A stretch of DNA of 64,000 nt. Origin: Squalus acanthias (lineage: Eukaryota). The notes under the pieces were generated by a model. The model worked only from the letters and a program-made list of their open reading frames with translations, searched no databases and was not told the origin of the DNA. The stretch is taken from NCBI GenBank assembly GCA_030390025.1, contig CM059425.1, forward strand, positions 176,950,001 to 177,014,000. Direction: 5' to 3'. The position numbers were made by a program, and so were the translations under genes. This document shows, in pieces, positions 62,872 through 64,000 of this stretch; within the stretch, counting starts at the first letter, position 1, and the number at the start of each line of letters is the position of its first letter.

Positions 62872-63166
62872 TGAGAAGTCGCACAACACCAGGTTATAGT
62901 CCAACAGATTTATTTAATTTTACAAGCTTTCGGAGCAGTTCGCTCCTTCGTCAGGTAAGTTAGCAGTGAGAGAATCTCCCAGAATTCACAATTTAAACAC
63001 AGACAATTGTGAATTCTGGGAGATTCTCTCACTGCTAACTTACCTGACGAAGGAGCGAACTGCTCCGAAAGCTTGTAAAATTAAATAAATCTGTTGGACT
63101 ATAACCTGGTGTTGTGCGACTTCTCATTTTTGTCCACCCCAGTCCAACGCCGGCATCTCCACATCA
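62872..63166 (+). mobile_element. Fold-back mini-Penelope: 122-bp inverted arms, 11-nt spacer, about 40-nt tail
   Basis: Arms at 62872-62993 and 63005-63126. Hammerhead motifs at 63040-63078 (+) and 62920-62958 (-). TSD TAAAAATATATTG. Confidence 0.92.
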
Positions 63167-63271
63167 TAAAAATATATTGGTCAGACAGAGCTGTAATGCT
63201 GGTGCACTCCACCACTGTCTCATTTCTTACAAAATTGATGCAAAAAGTGATCAACTCTCCCAGTTTATTTT

Positions 63272-63406
63272 TGTGAGAAGTCGCACAACACCAGGTTATA
63301 GTCCAACAGGTTTATTTGATTTCAAATAAACCTGTTGGACTATAACCTGGTGTTGTGCGACTTCTCACATTTGTCCACCCCAGTCCAACACCGGCATCTC
63401 CACAAT
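63272..63406 (+). mobile_element. Fold-back mini-Penelope: 48-bp arms, 2-nt spacer, tail
   Basis: Arms at 63272-63319 and 63322-63369. TSD CAGTTTATTTTTG at 63261-63273 and 63407-63419. Confidence 0.92.
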
Positions 63407-64000
63407 CAGTTTATTTTTGGACTATCTTTCCCACAGCTCCCCCCCACACCATTTTGTTTATTTTCTTTACCTCTCTGCTTCTTAAGGTTGTGGCTTATGC
63501 AGAGATTGGTTTCTGCAGGTGCTCGCAGTCCTTGAGGAGATTCTTCCTGCGTAAGTTCTGGTTAGCTTTGTGACTACCAAAGCACAGCAACCAAGCTTGA
63601 TTCTTTCTTCAATATAATCGCGCTTTCCAATCGTGGTCACTAGACAGTGATCATAAATGGTAACTCTGACTGATCTCCCCCTCTCTAATTTGGGGACACT
63701 GATGCTAACTGTAATGCCCCCAACACTGGTCCCAGCTGAATCAGCTAACTCAGCATGGACCAGAGGCTGAACATGTACAATGCAGTATAACACCATGTGG
63801 TACATTTACTCAGACCCATTTTTAAAATACACAAGTAACTTTTAAACAAAAATTTCCAGAATGCAAATGTCTACATGTTAGTACTGATCAAAACAGGAGG
63901 GCGTTTAGACAGAGTTAAATCAATGGAATGAAAATCGAGTGGGTTCTGTAACGGGCAAGCGATGTGCTCTGCCAGATTACCGTCCCGGTGGTGAAAACAA

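Noticed and set aside
62872..63369. miRNA precursors or DNA-transposon MITEs
   Set aside because: The arms are Penelope 3' UTR sequence with an asymmetric tail and long, variable TSDs.

Overview
This is eukaryotic, repeat-rich vertebrate DNA, most likely from a cartilaginous fish (inferred from its V-SINE, CR1, Deu-type SINE and Penelope content). One host gene is visible: a TRIM36-like (TRIM36/TRIM46 subfamily) RING/B-box/coiled-coil gene on the minus strand, with five GT-AG coding exons between 41124 and 14396; later exons were not found and probably lie left of the window. The rest is mostly transposable elements: a full-length decayed two-gene Harbinger (1800-6437), further Harbinger relics and 3-bp-TSD MITEs, CR1 and RTE LINE fragments, several SINE families and Penelope-like elements. 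The most notable observations are (1) a Penelope family inserted as TSD-flanked fold-back palindromes with a fixed inversion point and covarying minimal hammerhead ribozyme motifs, (2) minisatellites derived from a Harbinger catalytic motif and from a putative Harbinger promoter, (3) an intronless adenylate cyclase 5/6 fragment embedded in a SINE, and (4) a candidate alternative first exon and tandem splice acceptors in the TRIM gene. All family assignments come from motif recognition by eye; no database search was run.
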